A stretch of 64,000 bases of DNA, from positions 7,664 to 71,663 of the forward strand of contig JAAOXU010000002.1 in the NCBI GenBank assembly GCA_018220935.1. Reading direction: 5' to 3'. This document shows positions 9,519-18,738 of this stretch, one piece after another. Positions within the stretch are counted from its first letter, which is position 1; each line of letters starts with the position of its first letter. The stretch comes from Candidatus Altiarchaeota archaeon. GTDB taxonomy: Archaea; SpSt-1190. A model generated the notes under the pieces. The model had not been told where the DNA came from. It saw only the letters and a list, made by a program, of their open reading frames with translations, and ran no database searches. Position numbers and translations under genes: made by a program.

Positions 9519-11276
9519 CTAAATGTCTAACATACCCCATCTTTTCTTTTCTTGGCGCTTAATTTGAACTATTTCGTTAATCATTTCCTTTTCTGAGGCA
9601 TCAAGTAAATCTAGGTATTTGTTTAGTCCTTTGAATTCTTTTTCAGTTAAACTGACCCAAAGTTTATCACCTTCTTTAATTTGTCTGCCAACTGTAGGGC
9701 CATCAATACTAACAGCCAATTTTGCACCGACTTTTGCTTCCTTAACGGATTCACCTTGAACTTCAATTTGCTTAATATCCCCAACTATCATACCGTCTTC
9801 TTTCATAACTTCAACATTGTTTTTGAGGGTCCCACCAATTACTTCAACTCCAACTACTGCAGGACCACTATTTCTAAATACATATCCGGGTACAATCAAG
9901 AACTTAGAAGGTCTTGGGAGTTTGTTTAATTCATTCTTTCTCAAACTTTCTTTTTCATCTTCCACCCAAGTTTCATAGTCTTCAATAACACGATATATGA
10001 TGTCACCTGTGATTGCCTTAACTTTTTTCTCGTCACAAAGCTGGGCTTCTTGATTCTTAATATTTAATCCAATAATAACTCCGTAAAAAGGATCAATACA
10101 CTTAACTCGGTCAGCTTCCATAACATCACTTCTTGATATATCGCCAACGTGTGCGCGTCTAACTTTTATATTTCTTTCTTGGAGCATCTTAACTAAGGCT
10201 TCTAAAGTACCTAAAGTATCTGATTTAACAACAATTCCAACATCATCGGTTGAGAATTCAATACTTTGTCTTTCATCCTCAATAATTTTTACTGCTTCTT
10301 TTAGTCCTGAAGTATCAGCAACTAAAACTGAGCTCCCCGCAACTGCGTTTTCAAGTTGTGGTGCATGAATTCTTATCCCAGCTGCAGCATTAACTTCCTT
10401 AACTCTTAAAAATTTCTTTTCAGTCCTAATTTCCTTTAGAGCTTCAGGTTTCATAATACACTTAATTTTTGTGACAATGGCATTATCTGCACCACTAACA
10501 ACAATAGTATCTCCTTCCTTTAATTTTCCGTCATATAAAATGATGTCAGCAACGGCTCCAAGGCCCTTTTGTTGCTTAATTTCTAATATATTTCCTTTAG
10601 TTTTTCCTGTGAGTTCAAGTTTTTTATCAAGATATTTTTGACTTAATCCTGCTAGTAAAGCTAAAACGTCAATGATACCTTCTCCAGTAAATCCACTAGT
10701 TGGTACTACTACTACTTGATTGGTGAAGTCCTCTATTCTGTCAATTCTCTCAGCATCAAATCCTAATTCTTGAAGTTTGTTTACAATCTCATATAATTTA
10801 GTTTCAATCTTGACTGTGCCTTGTGGTGATTGTTTTAGATTATTCAAAAAACTTCCTTCCTTACTTTGGTAATCAGGGAGTATGTCTACTTTATTTGCTG
10901 CTACAATGAAAGGTACTTTGTATTGTTTTAGTATCTCAATACTCTCAATAGTTTGAGGTTTTACTCCACTCATAATATCAATTACAAGAATTGCTAAGTC
11001 AGCAACACTTCCACCCCTTTTTCTAAGATTAGTAAATGCTGCGTGTCCTGGAGTATCAATAAACAAAAGTCCAGGAATCTTTAATTCAATTTTTAGTTTG
11101 TCTAACATATTTTTACAGAATTTTTTGATATAACTTGCTGGAATTTCAGTTGCTCCAATGTGTTGAGTTATTCCGCCTGCTTCTCCTTGTTGAACGCGAG
11201 ACTGCCTAATATAATCTAAAAACTGGGTCTTACCATGATCAACATGACCCAAAACCGCTACAATAGGCTGTCTCAT
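9519..11276 (-). CDS. infB: Translation initiation factor aIF5B (IF2 homologue)
   Basis: GHVDHGKT, DTPGH and NKVD motifs plus aIF5B domains II-IV; 585 aa. Confidence 0.9.
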   Translation of the reverse strand: MRQPIVAVLGHVDHGKTQFLDYIRQSRVQQGEAGGITQHIGATEIPASYIKKFCKNMLDKLKIELKIPGLLFIDTPGHAAFTNLRKRGGSVADLAILVIDIMSGVKPQTIESIEILKQYKVPFIVAANKVDILPDYQSKEGSFLNNLKQSPQGTVKIETKLYEIVNKLQELGFDAERIDRIEDFTNQVVVVPTSGFTGEGIIDVLALLAGLSQKYLDKKLELTGKTKGNILEIKQQKGLGAVADIILYDGKLKEGDTIVVSGADNAIVTKIKCIMKPEALKEIRTEKKFLRVKEVNAAAGIRIHAPQLENAVAGSSVLVADTSGLKEAVKIIEDERQSIEFSTDDVGIVVKSDTLGTLEALVKMLQERNIKVRRAHVGDISRSDVMEADRVKCIDPFYGVIIGLNIKNQEAQLCDEKKVKAITGDIIYRVIEDYETWVEDEKESLRKNELNKLPRPSKFLIVPGYVFRNSGPAVVGVEVIGGTLKNNVEVMKEDGMIVGDIKQIEVQGESVKEAKVGAKLAVSIDGPTVGRQIKEGDKLWVSLTEKEFKGLNKYLDLLDASEKEMINEIVQIKRQEKKRWGMLDI

Positions 11277-11297
11277 ACGAATTTAGGCTTTTATTGA

Positions 11298-11305
11298 TTT
11301 ATAAG
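11298..11305 (-). promoter_or_regulatory. TATA-like box for aIF5B
   Basis: CTTATAAA on the minus strand, 22-29 nt upstream of the start at 11276. Confidence 0.35.
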
Positions 11306-11364
11306 GTGTTTGATCTAATTATTAACACTTCTTAAACTTTTTAAGGTATTAGTGCGCTGTTAAT

Positions 11365-14300
11365 TTATTGTGATTCGTCAACACTTTTATCCCTTAATTC
11401 TAAGTATAATTCTGCAGTATGCCACTTACTAAGCTGACCCTTTGTATCCCCAATTTGTACGTTTAGTCTCTTTCCGTTTTTTGAAATTGTATAAATTTTT
11501 CCATTAAGTTCAACTCTCCCGCCTAATTGTTTTACTTTATCAATTGCAGTTCGTGTAAGTCTTGAACCTAATTTTCTCATAGCATCATTAACTTGATAAG
11601 CCCGTCTATATGTACGTTTAATTTCATCTTGTCTTATGGGTCTCCATGCTTTCTCTTCTTGATCTCTAACTAATACGTTACCTTCCTTGTCTAGTTGATA
11701 GTGCAGTGGGCCATCTAGTGCAAGAGCCTTTCCTCCACCCCACCTCTCGTGTTCTTGAATACCTTCTTCTTCAATAGTCTTGACTATTGTATGCATCATA
11801 ATTCTGTCGTTTACTTCATCAAGTCTATCATCAGGGAGGGGATTCCAATTTTTGCCTTCCCTATAATATACGACACCATTATCTCCTAATAGATATTTTT
11901 CGTCACTACTTACTTCAAAAATTCCACCAGTTTTTACTGGGTGTACTTCAACTGAAGTACCATATCTAGTTGTTAGACCTTTGAGTTCTCTTCTTTTTTG
12001 GGTTGGACTATCAACCTCTTCATCATTTTTTGGTGTTTCCGCCCTTCTGGATGGTGTTGAACTATTTGATAATCTTCGTAATTCATCTCTATTAACGGCT
12101 AACCATCTAAACCCTTTACCGTCATTAAGTTCTCCCCATCTGTATGCCATGCCTTTTTTATCCATTGCATAGTTATCATTTCCATATTTTATGGGGTAAT
12201 AACCTCCAGGACCTTCCTCTACCTCTGCTTGATCAATTATTTGATTGATTAACTCGTTCCTATTGTCTATTACCGGGTCTGCATTTGGTGTGCTTTCTTG
12301 TTGTCCTACAACATTTAGATTAAGTCCAAGTTCCTCATTAATTCTTTCTTGTAGGTTTATTGCAGACTCTTCTGAAAAGCGTTTAGCAAACTCTTCAATC
12401 TGGCGTTTTGCTCTTTTCTTTGTTTTCCCTTGAGTGCGTTTCCAATCCTCTCTTTTGAATGGATACTTTAAGAATTTCAATACATTATCTATTGATTTTT
12501 CTTCGTCAGAAAGAACTACACCTTCAACTTCTTCTGGTTCTTGTTTTTCAGGTGGTGCTGGTTCTTTTTCATGTTCGGGTGTGGGATCGTCATCAACTCT
12601 GGGTATTTGATCTATTTTTTCTGGTAGTGCTGGCTCTTCTTTGTCTGGCGATTCTGGTATTTCGTCGTCTGGATGTGAACCCGCTTTTTCAGGAAGTAAT
12701 AACGGTGGTTTCCCTGGTGGCAATGCTAGCTGTCTGGGAGTTTTCCTTGGTGGTGCTGGTTTCTTTTCCTCTAGTGAAGCCGCTTTTTCAGGAATTAATA
12801 CTGGGTCGGGAGTTGATGATGGCCCTATTAGTCTAGGTATTCTATCTGTGGGTGGTGTTGGCGTTCTCCTAGGTGTTAACCCCCTTCGTCTGGGTGTAGG
12901 TCGCCCTCCTTGACCTTCAGGATCATCACCAATTTCTGGTAAATCACCACCGCCATCTTGCAATCCTGGGGGTCTTCCCCTACGAGTTGCGTGTGCTTGA
13001 GTTCTTGGATCATTTCCCACTTCTCTTCCTTTATGATCTGTTAAATCTTCCATTATCTCATTTCCCATCTGGACAGTTCCTCTGACAATTTGACGATCTC
13101 TATCTAAACTGTCTTGACTTACTCTGTCAATTCTTTCTTGAGTTTTTATGTGTCGCGCTTTCCCTACTCTGTGAACTTTACCAATCTGACCCCTCAAATT
13201 TTTACTGACGTTTGTGTTTTTAGTTAGCCGTTTATCCACACCAACTAACTGATCTGCAACATCATTAAAACCCATTGCTGTATCTTCTTGATTAGTTACT
13301 ACTTCTTGTTTGACTTTATCTATGCTTCTTTGAATTCTACCGTCTCTGACTTTAGAGGATTTATGAACTTTACCAATCTGACCTTGTAAATTACTTGCAA
13401 CGTTTCGTATTTTAGTTCGAGTTTTTTGTTCACCTTGAGTTCTTTTTCTAACTTCACTACTTAAAGTACCTATAATATTTGCGTCAGTTTCTGTACTTTC
13501 TCGTTCAACTCGTTCAACTTCTTGACCCAAATGAAAGAGGTCCGCATTAATGTCTTGTGGTGCTCCTTCTTGAAATAGTGCATCAATTGGATCTCTGATG
13601 TGATTGGCAGTTCCACTTTTATCAAAAGTTGCTACCCCTGTCATCTCACCATATTTAACCCACTTTTTACCTGTTGGTGTTGAGACTTCAAAATAAACTT
13701 TACCAGCTCTTGCAGCAAATTTATGGTCTACACCACCCCTTCTAAGTTTCATAGTTTGCCACACGCTTGGATTTAATACAGAAGTTGATGCAAACTCATG
13801 AGTGATTGCTATTTCTGCATTTCCTGGGGTTGTGGCGGTTGAATTATCCCACCTTCCAAATTCAAAGAATCCGTTGTTTCCTACACCAATTAGATGGTTT
13901 TTTAGTCCTCCTATCATTTCAGTTACCCCTGCTTGAGATTCCTCAAAAACTCTTAGTTTTCCACCTTCTCTTGTAACAAATCGTCTATTTCCTGATGTTG
14001 AATCTGTAATTCTTCTAACTTGAAGTTCTTTTTTAGCCCCTAACGCGTCAGTATATTCGTATTTTAAGAGCTGGCCTTCTGAGACTGTATCTACATGCGT
14101 ATTTATTTCGTTTCTAATATTATGGCTGTCTCGTCTTAAACCTGTATTTGAATCAATTACTTCACCTAGGTGCATACGAGAAATTACTTCTGGTGCTGCA
14201 GAACCTGCTGGTGGATCTAACTCAAATGATTCACTAAAATCTCTTAAATTTTGCATATTCTCAGTATTAGTTCCAGGAATTCGTGAAATCTCTTCTGTTT

Positions 14301-17300
14301 TAGTTTTCATTTGGGATAAAACTGCACTCATACCACTTCCCGTTACACTTCCTCTCTTATTAGTTCCTTCTTGACTATAATTGTAAAATGCTCTGGCTGA
14401 GGTGTCACCTTCCCCAGATGTACTAATAAAAGTCTCACCGCGTGATGACGCGGTATACATTTCTCTTCCATCTGCTTGAATTGAAATAACTTGTTTATCC
14501 CCAACTTTGACAAATGATATCTTTTTGTTTGGGTCTGTTGATCTCTCATATTCTCTTACTTTTTCTAACATTTCTTCTCTCTCTTCACTCCAGCCGTCCC
14601 CTAATGCGTCTGGGTCGTTTTCATCTATACTAAGCTTTTGTAATAAATTTTCTCTTATCTCTTCTGGGGTTCTAGTACCCATCACTAAAGATTCTTCAGT
14701 AGTTATATTCCCAGGTGAATATCCTTCAGTTTCTGCCGTTACAACTCTTTGATAAAATTCATTAAATCCACCTTCAGATAATCCAGCTACACTTCTATTT
14801 GTTACGTCTGGAGTTCTAACATTACTTACTTCCATGTTATTTTGTTTTAACTGAATTAGTACGTCTGTTATTTTTGCCGCTTCAAAAGTTCCTCTTTCTG
14901 TTATTGCTTTAACCCCTGCCCTTGTTTTTTCAAAAACTATTGGTACTGGATCTCTTGAAGCTGTGCTAGTTGCAAGCATTAATCTTACACCTTTTGATGT
15001 TGATAATGTTGTGTTTATTGACGCTGTTAGGGTGCGTAAACCTTTATCAATAACAATTCCAGATGTGTTAATGGCCGCAGCATGACTTTTAGACATTTGA
15101 GCCAGTCGTTGGAATTCCTTTTCGTCAACTTTAATTTTTCCTGAACCTGGTGCACCACTTGTTTCAATTTCTACAACACGTTTTGTTCCACCAAATAATT
15201 TTCTAAATCTACTCCCTCCTATTTTTTCTTCAAAGATTTTAACGCTAGCATTACCAAAATTAATTGTTTTTCCTGTTTGTCCTGCACGTCTCACGAAATT
15301 TGTTAGTTCTCTTCCACTAAGGTTTGAGAGTGAAACTGTTCTATTATCAAACGTAAAATCACCACTTGCTAAATGGCGGAGTGTGTTACCAATACCCCTT
15401 CCGTCTTCTGTTTTTATAGTTGTAGTTGTTTTACCATCACTTACTTCAAAAACTTCGTCTGCCGTCTTTTTGATTTGTAAAGCTCTACCTCTATTATCTA
15501 CAAACCTTATGATGTCATCATTTGCCATGATTTCTATTTGATTGATTGTACGTGAAGTATAAGTTGGTAATAGTGACACCTCATCAGTTATTGCATCAAT
15601 ATTCTTTGTAATATTATCTCTACTGAATTTTCCAGTTGTGCTGTCATAAAACTGAACTCCTGTTGCGGGTAAAAATTCCTGTGAAATTCCCGCTAAAATA
15701 TTTCGTGTGGCTGCTTTAGTTGGGTCCGCTAAAACTTTCTTTATTTCTGCCCTATCATCTGCACTTAATTTTCCTTTAGATAATGAATCAGTTAGTGGTA
15801 TGGGTGTTGCATTCCAGTTACCTGTTGTTACATCCTTTTTCATGGCAAATTGAGTGTTTCCTATTTTAAACACACTTCCATAAGTTGCGTGTTTACCCAT
15901 ATATTTTGCGCCAGTAATGCCTTTTGTTATAGTACCATCACTATTCATGCTGGTTGCAAGAAGTGAACGTGTACTTGTTGTTCCTTGTCCTGCGTGAAAA
16001 GTGTCTGCAATAAAAGCTCCTAAATTTTCAAGTGGACCGTTAAGTGTTCTAACTTCACCGGTATCCTTATTATGTACGATGTGTTGATTTCCAAAACTTG
16101 CAATTGTATAATCAGTTTTTGTTCTAGCATTGTCTTCTGCTGTGTGTGTTGCTTCACTAATTGATGTATTGGCGTCTTTTGATAACCTTGCTGCTTTAGC
16201 GGTGGCAGGAACAATAACGTCAACTGAACCTGTCGCATCTCTTCGTACCTTTGCTAACCTTCCTGTAGTCTTTTTTGTAGCAGCAATTGTATTACTTCCA
16301 ACTGCAGCGGCAGTTTCATCAACTAAGTTACTGAGCTCTTTAGACATGGCCTCAAAATCCCCACCTTTCATAAGGGCGGAAACATCGCCATCTGAAAGAT
16401 TAAATGCCGCAGCAAGATTCATCTTGTAAGCCATTGCAAATAATTTACTCGACACAAACATAGAGACTGCAACTAAACTGTGAACTACCCAGTCAAACCA
16501 TATGGTGTATAAAAACAAAACGCCAAAGAGCATAAGTGATGCTGCACCTGAAAGATCAAAAATACTAGATAGTCCTAGTGATTCAATTAACCCATTGTTA
16601 ATTGTGGTGACAATAAAAGTCATAATAAAAAGACTTCCCATCCATCTTGAGGCACTCTTAACAAAAGTATTACCTATGAAAAAGAAAATAGCCATAGTAA
16701 CCATGAATATGACAAGAAGTGCTTGCCAACCTAGTCCTGCTAAAATACCCATCGATATCAAAACGAGTGACATGAAGGCTCCTAAAATCATTATTGTACC
16801 TGTAAGGGATACTTCTTCTGGAATGAAAAATAAAAAGTAGATGTATTTTAGATATGACGGAAAAACAGTCATTACAAAAGGATACATCCTCCTACCTAAA
16901 ATTTGAATACTTCTCCAAAGCCAAACACTGAGTAACATTATACTCATAACATTTGCAATCCACGGGGGGAAGTGTATTATTGGATATAAAATTATTTCTA
17001 AAATACCACCAAATGTACCTAAATTACTCCCGCCTATAAAATTGGTAATTAAATCACTAAGAAGTGTGAAAATATCAAATGCAGATAATACATTAAAAAC
17101 AGTCATTAAGCTAACTATGATGAGAAGAAATGGTAAAAAATCCCTAAACCAACTAAAATAATCTATGAGTAAGTAAAGACCAACCATATCAAACTTATTT
17201 ACTTCATTTTTTATCGCACCTGAAACTTCCTTCATAACGGCTGAATATTCGTCTTCTAATTCTGCCCTCCTTCCTGTGTCTGCTTCTTTATAGTCTTCAA

Positions 17301-17439
17301 GAATTCGGTTTAATTTACTCTCAAATGCCCCTAGTGTATCAAGACCGGACAACCACTCAGTCCACATTTGACCTAGTGAAAAAGCCTTTAGCTCTTCATA
17401 TGAAAATGGTTTACTGTCAATTTGTTCTCTTTCAGCCAT
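11365..17439 (-). CDS. Giant (2,024 aa) membrane-anchored protein of unknown function
   Basis: Longest ORF in the window. An ATG start sits 3 nt after the upstream stop, with GGAGG about 10 nt upstream. Layout: ~85-aa N-terminal segment, ~9-10 hydrophobic helices (aa ~85-340), then ~1,680 aa of hydrophilic sequence containing a 64-aa internal duplication, a Pro/Arg/Glu-rich linker and four C-terminal ~50-aa repeats. No cysteine seen in the translation. No known domain recognised. Confidence 0.8.
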   Translation of the reverse strand: MAEREQIDSKPFSYEELKAFSLGQMWTEWLSGLDTLGAFESKLNRILEDYKEADTGRRAELEDEYSAVMKEVSGAIKNEVNKFDMVGLYLLIDYFSWFRDFLPFLLIIVSLMTVFNVLSAFDIFTLLSDLITNFIGGSNLGTFGGILEIILYPIIHFPPWIANVMSIMLLSVWLWRSIQILGRRMYPFVMTVFPSYLKYIYFLFFIPEEVSLTGTIMILGAFMSLVLISMGILAGLGWQALLVIFMVTMAIFFFIGNTFVKSASRWMGSLFIMTFIVTTINNGLIESLGLSSIFDLSGAASLMLFGVLFLYTIWFDWVVHSLVAVSMFVSSKLFAMAYKMNLAAAFNLSDGDVSALMKGGDFEAMSKELSNLVDETAAAVGSNTIAATKKTTGRLAKVRRDATGSVDVIVPATAKAARLSKDANTSISEATHTAEDNARTKTDYTIASFGNQHIVHNKDTGEVRTLNGPLENLGAFIADTFHAGQGTTSTRSLLATSMNSDGTITKGITGAKYMGKHATYGSVFKIGNTQFAMKKDVTTGNWNATPIPLTDSLSKGKLSADDRAEIKKVLADPTKAATRNILAGISQEFLPATGVQFYDSTTGKFSRDNITKNIDAITDEVSLLPTYTSRTINQIEIMANDDIIRFVDNRGRALQIKKTADEVFEVSDGKTTTTIKTEDGRGIGNTLRHLASGDFTFDNRTVSLSNLSGRELTNFVRRAGQTGKTINFGNASVKIFEEKIGGSRFRKLFGGTKRVVEIETSGAPGSGKIKVDEKEFQRLAQMSKSHAAAINTSGIVIDKGLRTLTASINTTLSTSKGVRLMLATSTASRDPVPIVFEKTRAGVKAITERGTFEAAKITDVLIQLKQNNMEVSNVRTPDVTNRSVAGLSEGGFNEFYQRVVTAETEGYSPGNITTEESLVMGTRTPEEIRENLLQKLSIDENDPDALGDGWSEEREEMLEKVREYERSTDPNKKISFVKVGDKQVISIQADGREMYTASSRGETFISTSGEGDTSARAFYNYSQEGTNKRGSVTGSGMSAVLSQMKTKTEEISRIPGTNTENMQNLRDFSESFELDPPAGSAAPEVISRMHLGEVIDSNTGLRRDSHNIRNEINTHVDTVSEGQLLKYEYTDALGAKKELQVRRITDSTSGNRRFVTREGGKLRVFEESQAGVTEMIGGLKNHLIGVGNNGFFEFGRWDNSTATTPGNAEIAITHEFASTSVLNPSVWQTMKLRRGGVDHKFAARAGKVYFEVSTPTGKKWVKYGEMTGVATFDKSGTANHIRDPIDALFQEGAPQDINADLFHLGQEVERVERESTETDANIIGTLSSEVRKRTQGEQKTRTKIRNVASNLQGQIGKVHKSSKVRDGRIQRSIDKVKQEVVTNQEDTAMGFNDVADQLVGVDKRLTKNTNVSKNLRGQIGKVHRVGKARHIKTQERIDRVSQDSLDRDRQIVRGTVQMGNEIMEDLTDHKGREVGNDPRTQAHATRRGRPPGLQDGGGDLPEIGDDPEGQGGRPTPRRRGLTPRRTPTPPTDRIPRLIGPSSTPDPVLIPEKAASLEEKKPAPPRKTPRQLALPPGKPPLLLPEKAGSHPDDEIPESPDKEEPALPEKIDQIPRVDDDPTPEHEKEPAPPEKQEPEEVEGVVLSDEEKSIDNVLKFLKYPFKREDWKRTQGKTKKRAKRQIEEFAKRFSEESAINLQERINEELGLNLNVVGQQESTPNADPVIDNRNELINQIIDQAEVEEGPGGYYPIKYGNDNYAMDKKGMAYRWGELNDGKGFRWLAVNRDELRRLSNSSTPSRRAETPKNDEEVDSPTQKRRELKGLTTRYGTSVEVHPVKTGGIFEVSSDEKYLLGDNGVVYYREGKNWNPLPDDRLDEVNDRIMMHTIVKTIEEEGIQEHERWGGGKALALDGPLHYQLDKEGNVLVRDQEEKAWRPIRQDEIKRTYRRAYQVNDAMRKLGSRLTRTAIDKVKQLGGRVELNGKIYTISKNGKRLNVQIGDTKGQLSKWHTAELYLELRDKSVDESQ
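11386..12225 (-). repeat. Four degenerate ~50-aa repeats at the C-terminus of the giant protein
   Basis: GGYYPIKYGNDNYAMDKKGMAYRW..DELRRL / GGIFEVSSDEKYLLGDNGVVYY..W..DDRLDEV / GGGKALALDGPLHYQLDKEGNVLV..W..QDEIKRT / GGRVELNGKIYTISKNGKRLNV..W..AELYLEL. Confidence 0.6.
12520..12990 (-). repeat. Pro/Arg/Glu-rich low-complexity linker (~157 aa) in the giant protein
   Basis: RRGRPPG..RPTPRRRGLTPRRTPTPPTDRIP.. followed by four (L/I/P)PEK motifs. It is locally GC-richer than its surroundings and generates spurious ORFs in other frames. Confidence 0.8.
13110..13410 (-). repeat. Internal duplication with ~64-aa spacing in the giant protein
   Basis: NLQGQIGKVHKSSKVRDGRIQRSIDKVKQE vs NLRGQIGKVHRVGKARHIKTQERIDRVSQD. 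The identical 20-mer TGAACTTTACCAATCTGACC occurs at 13172-13191 and 13363-13382. Confidence 0.8.
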
Positions 17440-17442
17440 TTT

Positions 17443-18696
17443 TTAACTTCCTCCCCTCTTTTGCCAACGTTTCCAAAATTTCCAGACTGATTCTTCATCT
17501 GCAGTGCCTTCGATGTCGTCATACTTAATTTTGTTTGGATCTGTGGCTTTTATCACGATTACAAATAATGCAAGAAACATAATCAGAGCAACCATTATTT
17601 GTGATTCTGGAATATTAGTTGTAACATAAGTTTCACTTGTTTCATTATACTCTCTAATTCCAGTCGGGAAACCAAAGAGTTGTGTCCACATAAGATATCC
17701 TATGACCTCAGTTGTTTCAAGTTCAAGTACTAATTCATCCGTTCCTTCGGGGACTAATGATTCTGCAACTCCGGTCACAAAGTCTCCTGTTGGACCTGCT
17801 GATGAGCGTAAGTTTCCAAATAATTCACCTAACATTGGATTCCCCACACTTATTGTATCTTGAAACTCTGGTGTGGTTTGCATGAAAATAAAGTAAGCTG
17901 GCATTGTAACTGCAATTAAAACCATTAAAATTATGACGATAAGAAAAATTACGTTGGTCCCGTCTTTTATGGCGTCCATTGGACTTGAATCTGGTCCACC
18001 AATCTTTTTTATTCTAGCACCCATTAGTAAGAAAAGCCCGATCATCAGGGATTTTATGACTACTAAATAGACTCCCGTTGCAATAACATCCATCTCTGGA
18101 TACGGAGCACCATAACCTGGTATAATGAAACTGAAAACATTACCACTAAGTATCATTGGGATTAGAAAATCAACAATTAAGAATGCAAAAAATGCACCCC
18201 AAATATTAAATTCAATAAAATTCAGCTCTTTTCCACTTCGCCTCAAAAATACGAGTAGGAGAATAACTTCTATTGCACAAATCATTAAAAGTAATCCTGT
18301 GGGGTTCTCAAGACCTAAAAGGTTCCAACCAAAGCCAGGATCTTGGAGCATAAAAATTAAGCTTAAAGTTAGTAGTGAGAGAGAATATCCCATAACCATT
18401 ACCCCTGCTGTTGCTCTGACTTCTGCAGCTTGTTTATTTGCGTTCTTTTTAGACCTTGCAGTGGACAAAATTGCAGGGAGTAACATGATAATACCCATAA
18501 AAAGAAAAATATCAACAAAGAGGGGTTTTTCTACTCCGGCACTCATTGATTCGAGTAAAAAAATAAATCCAAATCCCAAAAATGCAGTACCAAAAATCAA
18601 GTAGGTTACGCTGCTTTTTACACCTTTCTTAATGAGACCTCTAACTTTTTTAAACAGCGTCCCTATCCCACTAAAAACAGATCCTCCAACCATCAC
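17443..18696 (-). CDS. Polytopic membrane protein (417 aa), unknown family, first gene of the operon with the giant protein
   Basis: About 9-10 hydrophobic helices plus an acidic/basic C-terminal tail. The start is GTG 18696 or ATG 18693. The stop is 3 nt before the giant ORF. Confidence 0.6.
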   Translation of the reverse strand: MMVGGSVFSGIGTLFKKVRGLIKKGVKSSVTYLIFGTAFLGFGFIFLLESMSAGVEKPLFVDIFLFMGIIMLLPAILSTARSKKNANKQAAEVRATAGVMVMGYSLSLLTLSLIFMLQDPGFGWNLLGLENPTGLLLMICAIEVILLLVFLRRSGKELNFIEFNIWGAFFAFLIVDFLIPMILSGNVFSFIIPGYGAPYPEMDVIATGVYLVVIKSLMIGLFLLMGARIKKIGGPDSSPMDAIKDGTNVIFLIVIILMVLIAVTMPAYFIFMQTTPEFQDTISVGNPMLGELFGNLRSSAGPTGDFVTGVAESLVPEGTDELVLELETTEVIGYLMWTQLFGFPTGIREYNETSETYVTTNIPESQIMVALIMFLALFVIVIKATDPNKIKYDDIEGTADEESVWKFWKRWQKRGGS

Positions 18697-18738
18697 TTAT
18701 ACCTCTAAAAGCATTAAAGCAACCAGCTTATTACCTTT

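Noticed and set aside
12459-12913. Plus-strand ORFs of 125 aa and 90 aa
   Set aside because: They are antisense or out-of-frame products of the Pro/Arg/Glu low-complexity region of the giant gene. Their composition (L/V/F/S/G runs) is typical of such artefacts.
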